Below are positions 9,849 through 19,948 of a stretch of DNA of 32,957 nucleotides, piece after piece; position 1 is the stretch's first letter; every line of letters starts with the position of its first letter. The position numbers and the translations under genes are program-made. The stretch covers positions 1 through 32,957 of IMG/VR virus record IMGVR_UViG_3300042556_001602; one strand, written 5' to 3'. This DNA comes from a virus. Lineage: Duplodnaviria > Caudoviricetes. The notes beneath the pieces were generated by a model. The model saw only the letters and a list, made by a program, of their open reading frames with translations, searched no databases and was not told the origin of the DNA.

Positions 9849-12800
9849 CTATGCCTGTGCTTCAGTCCAGGATAGACGTCCAAGCACAGATGCAGAAGCA
9901 GATGGGCTTAGGTTAGTTACGGCAATTGTTAATGTGTCTGGACCATCTGGGTAGATGTTTACGTTGGATGTTGCTCCACCGCCACCCAAAATAGAGTTAC
10001 CTAGATCACGAACAGGGTTAAGATCAACGCTGTTAGCACCTGATCCTACGAAGAAACCAGCAGTTATCTCACCACCAGAAATAGTTGTACTTCCTCCTGC
10101 ATAGTTTGCAATTTGAGCAAGACTTGAGTTTTGAACTGTTGTTACGTTATTTACAGCATTTGTCCAGTTTGTGGTTGAAGAAGGTGTTCCATTTAGCACT
10201 GCAGTAATTAAAAGATTTGAGTTAGCAGTATTGGTTGTAATATCTAGGGCACGAAGAACTAACTGCATTCTATTAATAAGTTCTCTTGCTCCAAAAGCAC
10301 CAACAGTTCCTTGATCAATAGAAGGTGCTACACGAATTGAAAACAATGCTCTGGTTTGAGTTGCTGGCACACCAGTAAATCCTGTTTGACCATAAGTAAA
10401 TACAAGAGATTTATCATCGTCAAATCTTCCATCCATAATTACAGATGTACCCCAATGAGATATAGTTGGTGCATAAGTTGGGAATGCTTGTTCAACTGCA
10501 ACTGGTGCTGTTGCTGAAAAAGTAAATGATTGACCAGTTGTTGCACCCATTGGTGGGAATAACACATCTCCAGGATTGCTTCCTGTTGCTGCATTACTAA
10601 ATGTTAAAGTTGTTCCAACAATATTTGTTACAAAAGTTCCTTCAGGAAATGATGCACTTACAACTCTTTGACCAATCTGAATACCAGAAGCACTTACAAC
10701 AGTACCACTATTAGTGCCACTTGTAATTGTTACAGTTACAGCAGTTGTTATACCTGCTTGTGCTCTAGTTAAACCACTAAATGCACTTGCGGACAATCCT
10801 GTATAGTTAACATATTCATATTTAGAAGCATCTCTGATACATAATGTTCCACTTGGTGGAAATCCAGAAGTACTTGTTACAGGAAGAACGGTATCAGATG
10901 CACCAACGCTTGATGTAATTGTTGTTACATATGGAAATGTGATTGATTCGTAACGTGCTGGTAAGTTACCAGAACGCATATATGCTTCGTTATTAACATT
11001 ATTATTTACTTGTTTGTGAACATAAAATACGTTTCCATTTGGACCTCTAAGTCCCCAACGAACAAATCCAGCACCGTACCAAGAATAATCTATATAAAAC
11101 ATTTGCATTTTAGTTAAATCTAAATTGTATCCAGAAGGACCAGTTCCATCACATTTATCTAAATTAAATTGTGATTGAGGAACTTTTGTATCTACCGTTT
11201 TAGAAACAATTACATGTGAGGCAGTTGCTCCTCTGTATGAAGGACTAATTGTCATAGAAGTATCTGATGCAATATCTTGCACTTTATATGACTGACCACG
11301 GATAACAATGAAATCACCTGGTGATAATTGTTTTGCAAGTATTGTTGGAAATGCTGCAACAGTTTGTGATACAGTGTTTGAACCGTTAGTGACGCTAACT
11401 CTACCCGCTAGTTGAAAAGTAGAAGATCTTTTTACTGCATACAAGGTTCTTCCGTCAAATTCAAAAAATAAACCATTTTGATCATCAAATATTCCTAGTG
11501 AGTTTGCTGCTCCGTACCAAGAATCAATTGCTGCATAGTATGGACCAGAGCCGATTCCAGAAGCAGGAATTGATAATGCTGTATATTGAAATGTATTAAA
11601 TCCTGTTACAGAATTAACAACAAATGTTCCATTATAGGCTGGGTCGGTAACACCACTAATAATGATTGTTGTGCCTGGAAGAATGTTATGCTTCTCTTTT
11701 GTTTGAACAGTTACTAATGATCCAACTGATGTGATTGAATCTAATTGAAGATTTGGTTTTAATATTGTTCCAGAACTTGCTTGAATACCTTTACCTGATT
11801 GGTAACGGAAATAACGGCGAGTTTGGCGAATCATTTGCTCATAATTTGAACTTGAGTTTGAAGAAAAAATTACTCCACCATCAAAAGGTCTATGTAGAAC
11901 TTGACCTTGAGGTAGATTATAAATAAATGCTGATGTTGCAACCAAAGTTCCAGTTGGAGCAGCAGCGGTATAATATCTAAATTGTGTTGGGCTAATAATT
12001 GTTGTTACTATAAAAGAACCATTTGGTGCGTTTGTGCTAGCAGTTGTTCCAATTACAACAATTTCATTTCCAATAGATAATCCATGAGGAACTGTTGTTG
12101 TTACAGTAATTTGAGTTCCTGAGTAAGACATAGTTGGTGCTAAACCTATTCTTGCACTTGAATATTGTGATCCTTGAAAAATTGCGGTTTTATTACTATC
12201 AAAAATTGCAGTTACACCTGTAGAGTTTGCTGCACGAGCAGTGTATGTGGCTGAAGCAGTACCTCCACCAGTTTCAATCGTAAAGTTTCCATTTGCAATA
12301 GATAAGAATGTATCCTGAACATATATTGCTGTACCATTTGCTGGAAATGTTCCAGAGCCAAGAACAACTGTGACTACTTTAGCGTTGGCAAGCATTGTCA
12401 TAGATGTAATGTTAGGTATTTGAATAGATGAAGGGAAAGCAAAAGGTCTTTGATTAATCATTGCTAAGTTTTCCCACTTAGTAATCTGTGTACCATATTC
12501 AAAATCGGTATCAATAAGTGCTTGTGGTGTAGTTGTTCTAAGTTTATTAGTTGGATCAAGGAATGCTTCTGAAGGAGTAAATATTTCTTCATTTTGATCG
12601 ACAATTATTTGTAATTTATCGGTAGAAGCCATAGAGGTAGTATTATAATTTAAAACAATAGTTGTTGTTTCTACCATTGCCGAGTTAATATTATTAGTAT
12701 AAGCAGTTGCTTTTAATGATGGGTCTGAAAAGTTGTATATAACTTGATTAGTGGTTACGTTAGTAATTAATGCTAATTTTTCCCTGGGAATAAATTTACT

Positions 12801-12869
12801 GTTAATAACAATAGTTCTTGTTGCTGGGTTGAAAGTATAATCTAATCTTTCTAACACTTTTCTTGACAT
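9849..12869 (-). CDS. large virion structural protein with repeated beta domains
   Basis: 1006 aa, Ser/Thr-rich; DTDFEYG, RQTRRYFRYQSGKG, IDYSWYGAG motifs; repeated T..PHGL..G..I.I.G....NG.F.V units. Confidence 0.8.
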   Translation of the reverse strand: MSRKVLERLDYTFNPATRTIVINSKFIPREKLALITNVTTNQVIYNFSDPSLKATAYTNNINSAMVETTTIVLNYNTTSMASTDKLQIIVDQNEEIFTPSEAFLDPTNKLRTTTPQALIDTDFEYGTQITKWENLAMINQRPFAFPSSIQIPNITSMTMLANAKVVTVVLGSGTFPANGTAIYVQDTFLSIANGNFTIETGGGTASATYTARAANSTGVTAIFDSNKTAIFQGSQYSSARIGLAPTMSYSGTQITVTTTVPHGLSIGNEIVVIGTTASTNAPNGSFIVTTIISPTQFRYYTAAAPTGTLVATSAFIYNLPQGQVLHRPFDGGVIFSSNSSSNYEQMIRQTRRYFRYQSGKGIQASSGTILKPNLQLDSITSVGSLVTVQTKEKHNILPGTTIIISGVTDPAYNGTFVVNSVTGFNTFQYTALSIPASGIGSGPYYAAIDSWYGAANSLGIFDDQNGLFFEFDGRTLYAVKRSSTFQLAGRVSVTNGSNTVSQTVAAFPTILAKQLSPGDFIVIRGQSYKVQDIASDTSMTISPSYRGATASHVIVSKTVDTKVPQSQFNLDKCDGTGPSGYNLDLTKMQMFYIDYSWYGAGFVRWGLRGPNGNVFYVHKQVNNNVNNEAYMRSGNLPARYESITFPYVTTITSSVGASDTVLPVTSTSGFPPSGTLCIRDASKYEYVNYTGLSASAFSGLTRAQAGITTAVTVTITSGTNSGTVVSASGIQIGQRVVSASFPEGTFVTNIVGTTLTFSNAATGSNPGDVLFPPMGATTGQSFTFSATAPVAVEQAFPTYAPTISHWGTSVIMDGRFDDDKSLVFTYGQTGFTGVPATQTRALFSIRVAPSIDQGTVGAFGARELINRMQLVLRALDITTNTANSNLLITAVLNGTPSSTTNWTNAVNNVTTVQNSSLAQIANYAGGSTTISGGEITAGFFVGSGANSVDLNPVRDLGNSILGGGGATSNVNIYPDGPDTLTIAVTNLSPSASASVLGRLSWTEAQA

Positions 12870-12876
12870 ATTTTTT

Positions 12877-13800
12877 TTATCCTCCCAAGGATATATCTAT
12901 TGCTTTAAACGGATATATTCTCGTTCTTGTTGTGGTAGATGGTCCTGCTAATATTCTAGCATCGAAAGTTGCTCCGATTGGAACTGGCTCTGCGAACGCT
13001 ATATATCCTTCGTTATCTATCCTAAATCCTCTTCTTGGCATCATTGACTGCCAGACAGTTTCAGGAAAGTCTACTGATTGTATTATACCATTAATTGAAA
13101 TCATAAGTTTTAAAGGATTTGTAATTGCTACACTTGCACTTTGATAAGTTGGTAAAAATCTATTTTCTTTACCGTCAAAAAGTGGTTGAAGATCATCAAG
13201 TGGTATAATTTCTAAATCTGAGGATAGGGCAAGATCTCCACCTGCTGCAGCATTAAGTCTAATTCTATTATTTGTATCATCATAAGATGCTGTTAAGTTT
13301 GTATGAAAACCGTGAACAAAAAGTGGTGCTACTGTGTCTTGAATATATTCATTACCAGTGGCGTTTTGAGGTATAAATTGAGCAGATGCTCCTGCTGGTG
13401 TTAAAAAGATTGCTGAGGCAGCATTTATCTGTTCTACGGTGTTTGCAGAGGCTGTGGCATAGGCTGCAGCGGATGCTGTAACAATACTATTTGTAATATT
13501 AGTAAAGAAGTTTGGATCGTCATTAATTGCTGCTGCTAATTCATTCAGGGTATCGAGGGTAGCAGGAGAAGCATCTATAATACTACCTATCTCACTATCA
13601 ATATAAGCAATAATACTTGATGATGCTGAATTTATAAAAGGAATAGCAAAATAATTTAAACTATTCCATAAAGTTATACCGTCACCAATTTTAAGTTTAT
13701 TAGTATCTGTTTCTAGACCTATTTCACCGCTAGAAAGAACAGGGTTTTCAAAAGTCCAAGATGAGGACAATCCTCTTCGAAGTTGGATCTTAGTTGCCAT
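12877..13800 (-). CDS. tail fibre with Mtd N-terminal-like domain
   Basis: KIQLRRG...W...NPVL..GEIGLETDT.KLKIGDG; SPATLDTLNELAAAINDDPNF fibre motif. Confidence 0.85.
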   Translation of the reverse strand: MATKIQLRRGLSSSWTFENPVLSSGEIGLETDTNKLKIGDGITLWNSLNYFAIPFINSASSSIIAYIDSEIGSIIDASPATLDTLNELAAAINDDPNFFTNITNSIVTASAAAYATASANTVEQINAASAIFLTPAGASAQFIPQNATGNEYIQDTVAPLFVHGFHTNLTASYDDTNNRIRLNAAAGGDLALSSDLEIIPLDDLQPLFDGKENRFLPTYQSASVAITNPLKLMISINGIIQSVDFPETVWQSMMPRRGFRIDNEGYIAFAEPVPIGATFDARILAGPSTTTRTRIYPFKAIDISLGG

Positions 13801-13836
13801 TAAATAAGTTCACCCTTATTTATTATAGCATTAAGG

Positions 13837-14799
13837 CTATGACATTTTGTCGAAAAGCCTATTCCATTCCTTTGCTTTATCTTCCCAATTATAGTATTTG
13901 TTGTAAAAGTCAGATTGTTCTTTTAGTTTTTCTTGATTTTTTATACCCCAATAATTATCTATAGTTTCATTCAATGCCTCTGCATAAGATGCCACTATAT
14001 CCTGCTCAGTAGCCTGTATTGGGACTAATTTGGCATACTCTGAGCCAGTTTCGTATAGTGCACCAATATTTGTGGTTACCATATCACAGCCAGCAGCACC
14101 AGCCTCAATCATTGCTAGGCAACAGGTTTCTTCAAAAATACTTGGGTATGCAAAAATATGTGATTCTTGTAAAGCCTTTTTAACATATTCATTACTAGCA
14201 TATCCTTTGTAATTAACATTCTTAGTATTCTTTGCTTTTTTAAATATTTCATCATATACATTTCCTGTATGATCCGCATAGTCAGATCCGTAAATATCAT
14301 TTGATGAATAAACGTCTAGTTCTATATCGTCTCTATCTAATAAACTCATAACGTCTAATAAAATACCCAGTCCTCTAAATGGGGTAGAGGTATAAATAAG
14401 TTTTAACTTATCCCCTTTAGGCTTACTAATAAATTCAATAGGCTCAATAGCATTTTTAATAACGTACGCATTATGAACAGGTATTTGATAAATATATCTA
14501 AACTTTTCTATTTGCCAATTTGAAACATACACCCAAGAATCAATAGATTTTAAAAACCCTGGATCTTTTAATAGACCTAATGATGAATCACTATAACTTA
14601 AATGTTGCCACAATATATTTTTTTTAGTAAATTTAACATTTTCATAAGAAGGGGTAGAAAGTATAATATTTATATCTTTATGTTTAGATATGTTTGTATG
14701 TTTATATAGTCCTTGTCTAAGTATTTCACTACCGCCCATTGCTGGCATATAACTATCTTTCTTTATGTTTTTAACTGGTTTTTGTAAAAATTCAGACAT
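13837..14799 (-). CDS. GT-B (family 4-like) glycosyltransferase
   Basis: MGGSE, YTSTPFRGL, YPSIFEETCCLAMIEAGAAG; start at 14799 preferred (AAGGA RBS). Confidence 0.9.
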   Translation of the reverse strand: MSEFLQKPVKNIKKDSYMPAMGGSEILRQGLYKHTNISKHKDINIILSTPSYENVKFTKKNILWQHLSYSDSSLGLLKDPGFLKSIDSWVYVSNWQIEKFRYIYQIPVHNAYVIKNAIEPIEFISKPKGDKLKLIYTSTPFRGLGILLDVMSLLDRDDIELDVYSSNDIYGSDYADHTGNVYDEIFKKAKNTKNVNYKGYASNEYVKKALQESHIFAYPSIFEETCCLAMIEAGAAGCDMVTTNIGALYETGSEYAKLVPIQATEQDIVASYAEALNETIDNYWGIKNQEKLKEQSDFYNKYYNWEDKAKEWNRLFDKMS

Positions 14800-14807
14800 T
14801 CTATTCC

Positions 14808-15527
14808 TTATATATAGTTTTTCTTTTTCCAAAACTGAGTTTTGTAGGACCTAACTAGTTTAGATTTAAGTTTAAAAATATTCTTTTTATTATCATCTTC
14901 ATTAAAAGGTACTTTTTCGCTATCCCAGTCATCTCTTTTAAAAGGAATAACTTGGCATATTGGAGTTCCCTGTTCAAGTATAAAAATATCTTTTTCTATA
15001 GTGTTAAGAAGTTGAAAAGGAAGTTGAACCCCAAGTTCGTATAGATCAGTATCAACTACACCAGAAAATGTTCTAAATGGAAGATCGTGTCTATTTACTG
15101 GATGTGTAAAGAAAGAACTATATCCAGGAGGTGTAATTACTCTCCATCCAGGAATCCATTTCAATAAAGTTTCGTTTCCACCAAACGGTTCTGGTATTCC
15201 AGGTGCTTGTTCTGGGGTATGGGTAGAGATAAAATCTATATTAGTAGCCCATCTAATATTAATCATACCTTTATCATTTCTTCTAAATTCTAAATCAAAA
15301 GGTAGTTCAAATATATACCCAGAAGTTATTGCATCTAAAAATGGAGAACATCCCTTAAGTGTTAAATTACTAGTTACATTAGTATCTTTTGACAAACCGT
15401 CTTCTTTATCATTGTCCATATGAATAGGCATATCTTTATACCATTTTGGTATTACTTGATTTGCTGGTTTTGGACAGTTAAAAAATAATTCTGTATCTTT
15501 ATTAAAAGGTTCAAATTGTATTTTCAT
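14808..15527 (-). CDS. conserved phage protein (P.WYK / KGCSPFLDA / TPPGYS / GVVDTD / GTPICQVIPFKR family; possibly dUTPase-like fold)
   Basis: Motif pattern recognised from phage glycosyltransferase neighbourhoods; function unknown. Confidence 0.65.
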   Translation of the reverse strand: MKIQFEPFNKDTELFFNCPKPANQVIPKWYKDMPIHMDNDKEDGLSKDTNVTSNLTLKGCSPFLDAITSGYIFELPFDLEFRRNDKGMINIRWATNIDFISTHTPEQAPGIPEPFGGNETLLKWIPGWRVITPPGYSSFFTHPVNRHDLPFRTFSGVVDTDLYELGVQLPFQLLNTIEKDIFILEQGTPICQVIPFKRDDWDSEKVPFNEDDNKKNIFKLKSKLVRSYKTQFWKKKNYI

Positions 15528-15528
15528 A

Positions 15529-16227
15529 TTACCCTAACTTATTAGACCAATCAACATCTACATTTGTCCAGTCAAGAATAATTTGTTTATGATGATGTAC
15601 CCTCACTAAGGGGTCTACCCATATATCCATACCCATTTTTTGTACCTTATTACACCATGATAGATCTTCACCCATTAATGGAAACTTATATTCAATTTCA
15701 CCAGTATCTTTATTTTTAACTTCTATTTCTTCTTGAGAAAACCAGGGTCTTTTCATGTTTTCAAACACACCAGATTTTACACATAAAAATCCAAACCCAA
15801 CCCCAAATGTTTTAAAAGGTTTGTCTAATTTAATTAATTCTTTTGCTGGCATTGCTGGACCAAGCGGTTCCATATAAACTGTTGCTGTATTATCTTCTAT
15901 TTGATAACACCCAGAAATTATTTGTTTATCTGAATTATAAAGTCTGAAAAAATCTATTGGTTCCCAAGATATGTCTGAGTCAATCCACATAATTTTGTCA
16001 TATGTAAATTCTCCATGACCAGGATGGGTATTGGATGGATCTTGAGATCCAGTGCCACCAATTGTTTTTTCTCTAGCGTGAGAAACTAAAGAAGAGTATT
16101 CAGTCATATAATTCCACGACAAGTTTTCATTTTCTAATATTTTTACAGTTTTAAGTAAACTTCTAACATAACCTGGCAGCATCCCTTTTCCAGGGGTAGC
16201 AAAAACAACATTAAAATGTGGTTTCAT
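15529..16227 (-). CDS. GT-A (family 2-like) glycosyltransferase
   Basis: WIDSDI DxD motif, GFGF..V..GVFE, GEDLSWC, IWVDP.V.V.H. Confidence 0.85.
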   Translation of the reverse strand: MKPHFNVVFATPGKGMLPGYVRSLLKTVKILENENLSWNYMTEYSSLVSHAREKTIGGTGSQDPSNTHPGHGEFTYDKIMWIDSDISWEPIDFFRLYNSDKQIISGCYQIEDNTATVYMEPLGPAMPAKELIKLDKPFKTFGVGFGFLCVKSGVFENMKRPWFSQEEIEVKNKDTGEIEYKFPLMGEDLSWCNKVQKMGMDIWVDPLVRVHHHKQIILDWTNVDVDWSNKLG

Positions 16228-16277
16228 ATAACCTTTCTTTTATAAAATTATATCATTATGCTGTTATATTGTCAATA

Positions 16278-17375
16278 TTAAGTTTTAATCCAAGGAGTAT
16301 ATTTATTAAATGCTGGAATTACTGGAGATTGTCTAGTTAATGTTGATGTTCTTAATTGTCCAACATTACCAGCAGCAACCCACAAATTATCTCCATAGGC
16401 AACGGAGTTAATATACGCTAAACCAGGGTTTAAATTACTTTGAAAAAAATTTGAGGTTTGAGTTGTCCAGGTTGTTCCATCTGTTGAAGTTCTTAATTGT
16501 CCAACACCAGCACCACCCACAACCCACATGTTATTTCCATAGGCAACGGAATAAAGATCAGTTGTCCCAAAGTTTGAGGTTCGGGTTGTCCAGGTTATTG
16601 CATCTGTTGAAGTTCTTAATGACCCATTTGAACCACCTGCAACCCACAGGTTATTTCCATAGGCAACGGAGTAAATTGATCCTGAAAAGTTTGAGGTTCG
16701 GGTTGTCCAGGTTGTTCCATCTGTTGAAGTTCTTAATGCCGCAGTACCAACAGCAACCCACAAATTATCTCCATAGGCAACGTAGTTAATATCACTTGTC
16801 CCAAAGTTTGAGGTTCGGGTTGTCCAGGTTGTGGCATCTGTTGAGGTTCTTATTTGTCCACCATTGCCACCTGCAACCCACAGGTTATTTCCATAGGCAA
16901 CGGAGTTAATCTGAGTTGTCCCAAAGTTTGAGGTTTGTGTTGTCCAGGTTATGGCATCTGTTGAGGTTCTTATTTGTCCACCATTGCTACCTGCAACCCA
17001 CAGGCTATTTCCATAGGCAACGGAGAAAATATTACTTGTCCCAAAGTTTGAGGTTCGGGTTGTCCAAGTTATTGCATCTGTTGAAGTTCTTAATGCCCCA
17101 CTTGAACCAACTGCAACCCACAGGTTATTTCCATAGGCAACGGAGTAAATAATACCATTTGATAGAAATCCTGAGTCTCGGGTTGTCCAAATATGTAGTG
17201 ATTCAAAATCTTTATAATTTTTAAAAGATTTTATTCTTGGATCAGTATCACTATAAACAATATCTGATCTAATCCAACCAGGACCAGGAGATCCTAATTC
17301 TGTTAATCTAAATATTACATCACCAAAACGGTATTTATTTGTATTTTTAGTACCTTTAAAATTACCATTGTTCAT
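16278..17375 (-). CDS. 7-bladed beta-propeller protein (putative receptor-binding)
   Basis: 7 x WTTxTSNF..I.SVAYG.NLWVA.G..G..RTSTD repeats. Confidence 0.8.
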   Translation of the reverse strand: MNNGNFKGTKNTNKYRFGDVIFRLTELGSPGPGWIRSDIVYSDTDPRIKSFKNYKDFESLHIWTTRDSGFLSNGIIYSVAYGNNLWVAVGSSGALRTSTDAITWTTRTSNFGTSNIFSVAYGNSLWVAGSNGGQIRTSTDAITWTTQTSNFGTTQINSVAYGNNLWVAGGNGGQIRTSTDATTWTTRTSNFGTSDINYVAYGDNLWVAVGTAALRTSTDGTTWTTRTSNFSGSIYSVAYGNNLWVAGGSNGSLRTSTDAITWTTRTSNFGTTDLYSVAYGNNMWVVGGAGVGQLRTSTDGTTWTTQTSNFFQSNLNPGLAYINSVAYGDNLWVAAGNVGQLRTSTLTRQSPVIPAFNKYTPWIKT

Positions 17376-19330
17376 TTTTTAATCCACCCAAAAATAGGTC
17401 CTATTTTTAAAAATGGAATAGTAACTTTCGTAAAATCAGAAGTTCTTAATAACCCACTTGAACCAACTGCAACCCACAGGTTATTTCCATAGGCAACGGA
17501 GTTAATACTACCTACCCCAAAGTTTGAGGTTTGGGTTGTCCAGGTTGTGGTATTTGTTGAGGTTCTTATTTGTCCAACATCGCCAACAGCAACCCACAGG
17601 TTATTTTCATAGACAACGTAGTTAATATCACTTGTCCCAAAGTTTGAGGTTTGGGTTGTCCAGGTTGTGGCATCTGTTGAGGTTCTTATTTGTCCAGACC
17701 GACCACCTGCAACCCACAGGCTATTTCCATAGGCAACGGAGACAATAATAGTTGTCCCAAAGTTTGAGGTTCGGGTTGTCCAGGTTATTGCATCTGTTGA
17801 AGTTCTTAATTCCCCAGTTGAACCACCAGCAACCCACAAATCATTTCCATAGGCAACGGAGTAAATAGTACTTGACCCAAAGTTTGAGGTTCGGGTTGTC
17901 CAAGTTATTGCATCTGTTGAAGTTCTTATTTGTCCACCATCACCACCTACAACCCACAGGTTATTTCCATAGGCAACGGAGTAAATAGTACTTGACCCAA
18001 AGTTTGAGGTTCGGGTTGTCCAGGTTATTGCATCTGTTGAAGTTCTTATTCTTCCACCTACACCACCTGCAACCCATAGGTTATTTTTATAGGCAACGGA
18101 GTAAATAGTACTTGTCCCAAAGTTTGAGGTTCGGGTTGTCCAGGTTATTGCATCTGTTGAGGTTCTTATTTGTCCACCATTGCCACCTGCAACCCACAGG
18201 CTATTTCCATAGGCAACGGAGTTAATAGTACTTGTCCCAAAGTTTGGGGTTTGGGTTGTCCAGGTTATAGAACTAGGAAAATATTGTTGTAATAAACTAG
18301 ATAATTTACTATTATTTGTGATTAAAGAACCGTCTGCTTTAACCCAATCAGGACCTGGTGAAAAATATCCAAATCTTACTTCTCCAGTTTTGTACACTGA
18401 TAAATTATTATTAGTACCGCTTAAATTACTTTTATTCATTTTGTAAAACCTCTAACAATATTATTAAATATAAATGGTGGTGCCGCTCTTTTAACGGTTG
18501 AAGTTCTTAATTGTCCAAAATTACCAACAGCAACCCACAAATCATTTCCATAGGCAACGGAGTTAATACTTGTTTGCCCAAAGTTTGAGGTTTGGGTTGT
18601 CCAGGTTATTGCATCTGTTGAAGTTCTTAATCCCCCATTTGAAGCACCTGCAACCCACAGGTTATTTCCATAGGCAACGGAGTTAATATCAGTTGTAAAG
18701 TTTGACCTTTGTGTTGTCCAAGTTATTGCATCTGTTGAAGTTGATAAATTCGGAACATTACCAACAGCAACCCACAAATTATCTCCATAGGCAACGGATA
18801 AAATATTAACATTTCCTGAATTAAAACCTGAAGATCTACTTGTCCAGGTTATTGCATCTGTTGAAGTTCTTAATTGTCCAGAATCACCAACAGCAACCCA
18901 CAAATTATCTCCATAGGCAACGGAGTTAACGCCACCTGATCCCAAAAAGTTTGAGGTTTGTGTTGTCCAGGTTATTGCATCTGTTGAAGTTCTTATTTGC
19001 AAACTCTCACCACCTGCAACCCATAGGTTATTTCCATAGGCAACGGAGTTAATCTGAGTTGTCCCAAAGTTTGAGGTTCGGGTTGTCCAGGTTATGGCAT
19101 CTGTTGAAGTTCTTAATGCCCCAGAATTACCAACAGCAACCCACAAATCATTTCCATAGGCAACGGAGTTAATAGTACTTGTCCCAAAGTTTGAGGTTTG
19201 TGTTGTCCAGGTTATTGCATCTGTTGAAGTTCTTATTTGTCCACCACCGCCACCTGCAACCCACAGGTTATTTCCATATGCAACGGAAAAAACACCACTT
19301 CCCCCAAAGTTTGAGGTTTGTGTTGTCCAA
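16340..19330. repeat. 21 near-identical ~120-bp coding repeats in three blocks of 7
   Basis: Recurrent DNA words aagtttgaggtt, gttgtccaggttattgcatctgttgaagttctta, aacccacaggttatttccataggcaacgga. Confidence 0.95.
17372..18439 (-). CDS. 7-bladed beta-propeller protein with collar-like N-terminus
   Basis: 7 repeats; GEVRF...PGPDWVKADGS resembles a tail collar. Confidence 0.8.
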   Translation of the reverse strand: MNKSNLSGTNNNLSVYKTGEVRFGYFSPGPDWVKADGSLITNNSKLSSLLQQYFPSSITWTTQTPNFGTSTINSVAYGNSLWVAGGNGGQIRTSTDAITWTTRTSNFGTSTIYSVAYKNNLWVAGGVGGRIRTSTDAITWTTRTSNFGSSTIYSVAYGNNLWVVGGDGGQIRTSTDAITWTTRTSNFGSSTIYSVAYGNDLWVAGGSTGELRTSTDAITWTTRTSNFGTTIIVSVAYGNSLWVAGGRSGQIRTSTDATTWTTQTSNFGTSDINYVVYENNLWVAVGDVGQIRTSTNTTTWTTQTSNFGVGSINSVAYGNNLWVAVGSSGLLRTSDFTKVTIPFLKIGPIFGWIKK

Positions 19331-19524
19331 ATTGCTGCATCGTAGTAAGAAATTCTATTAACAATATTAATACCATCTAATGTTTTATATCTATTATCAA
19401 CTGGAAATCCTTCAAGTGTATATCTAATTTCATCAAAATCATTAATATCATTAGGTTCTGAATTTATTTCAGACGATGTTGAAATACCGTCAAATTTGGT
19501 ACCTTTAAGGGTTCCTTTGTTCAA
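18436..19524 (-). CDS. 7-bladed beta-propeller protein (TTG start)
   Basis: 7 repeats; MNKGTLKGT start matches the paralogues. Confidence 0.8.
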   Translation of the reverse strand: MNKGTLKGTKFDGISTSSEINSEPNDINDFDEIRYTLEGFPVDNRYKTLDGINIVNRISYYDAAIWTTQTSNFGGSGVFSVAYGNNLWVAGGGGGQIRTSTDAITWTTQTSNFGTSTINSVAYGNDLWVAVGNSGALRTSTDAITWTTRTSNFGTTQINSVAYGNNLWVAGGESLQIRTSTDAITWTTQTSNFLGSGGVNSVAYGDNLWVAVGDSGQLRTSTDAITWTSRSSGFNSGNVNILSVAYGDNLWVAVGNVPNLSTSTDAITWTTQRSNFTTDINSVAYGNNLWVAGASNGGLRTSTDAITWTTQTSNFGQTSINSVAYGNDLWVAVGNFGQLRTSTVKRAAPPFIFNNIVRGFTK

Positions 19525-19537
19525 TTAGAACTACCCC

Positions 19538-19918
19538 CTAGAAGTCTCCACCAAATGCAGATACATGATATGTTTCTGATGCATGAGTAGTTGCACGTAG
19601 AGAGTATCCAGAAGGTAAAACAAAATTGTTAAATGCTATTGTTGTTGTATATGAAGGAGTAGATGCTCCAGCAGTAGTTGCGATGGCTAAGATTTCTTGT
19701 AATAAATAATAAGTAGAGCCTGTGTAAATAAATAATCTAACTACGTTTGAAGTAGATGTTCCTGCTGCTGTAATTGTTACTTCATCAATTCTAGATCCAG
19801 AGGATCCTGCTGTAAAAACTGTGCCAACGTTAGTTGGTGCAGTGCGAGAGGTGTCTGCTGTTGATATTGATACACCACTATATCTTACTGTTGATGCAAA
19901 ATTTGGGGTAGTTGCCAT
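19538..19918 (-). CDS. small beta-sandwich adaptor protein
   Basis: 126 aa; TVFTAG..GSRID...VVRLFI...LPSGYSLRA...GGDF. Confidence 0.75.
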   Translation of the reverse strand: MATTPNFASTVRYSGVSISTADTSRTAPTNVGTVFTAGSSGSRIDEVTITAAGTSTSNVVRLFIYTGSTYYLLQEILAIATTAGASTPSYTTTIAFNNFVLPSGYSLRATTHASETYHVSAFGGDF

Positions 19919-19948
19919 TATAATCTCCTTTTTAAATTATACCATGTA

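Noticed and set aside
16340-19330. Diversity-generating retroelement (repeats plus an Mtd-like gene nearby)
   Set aside because: No reverse transcriptase or non-coding template repeat in the window. Differences include indels and are not adenine-restricted. The Mtd similarity is only to the N-terminal domain.
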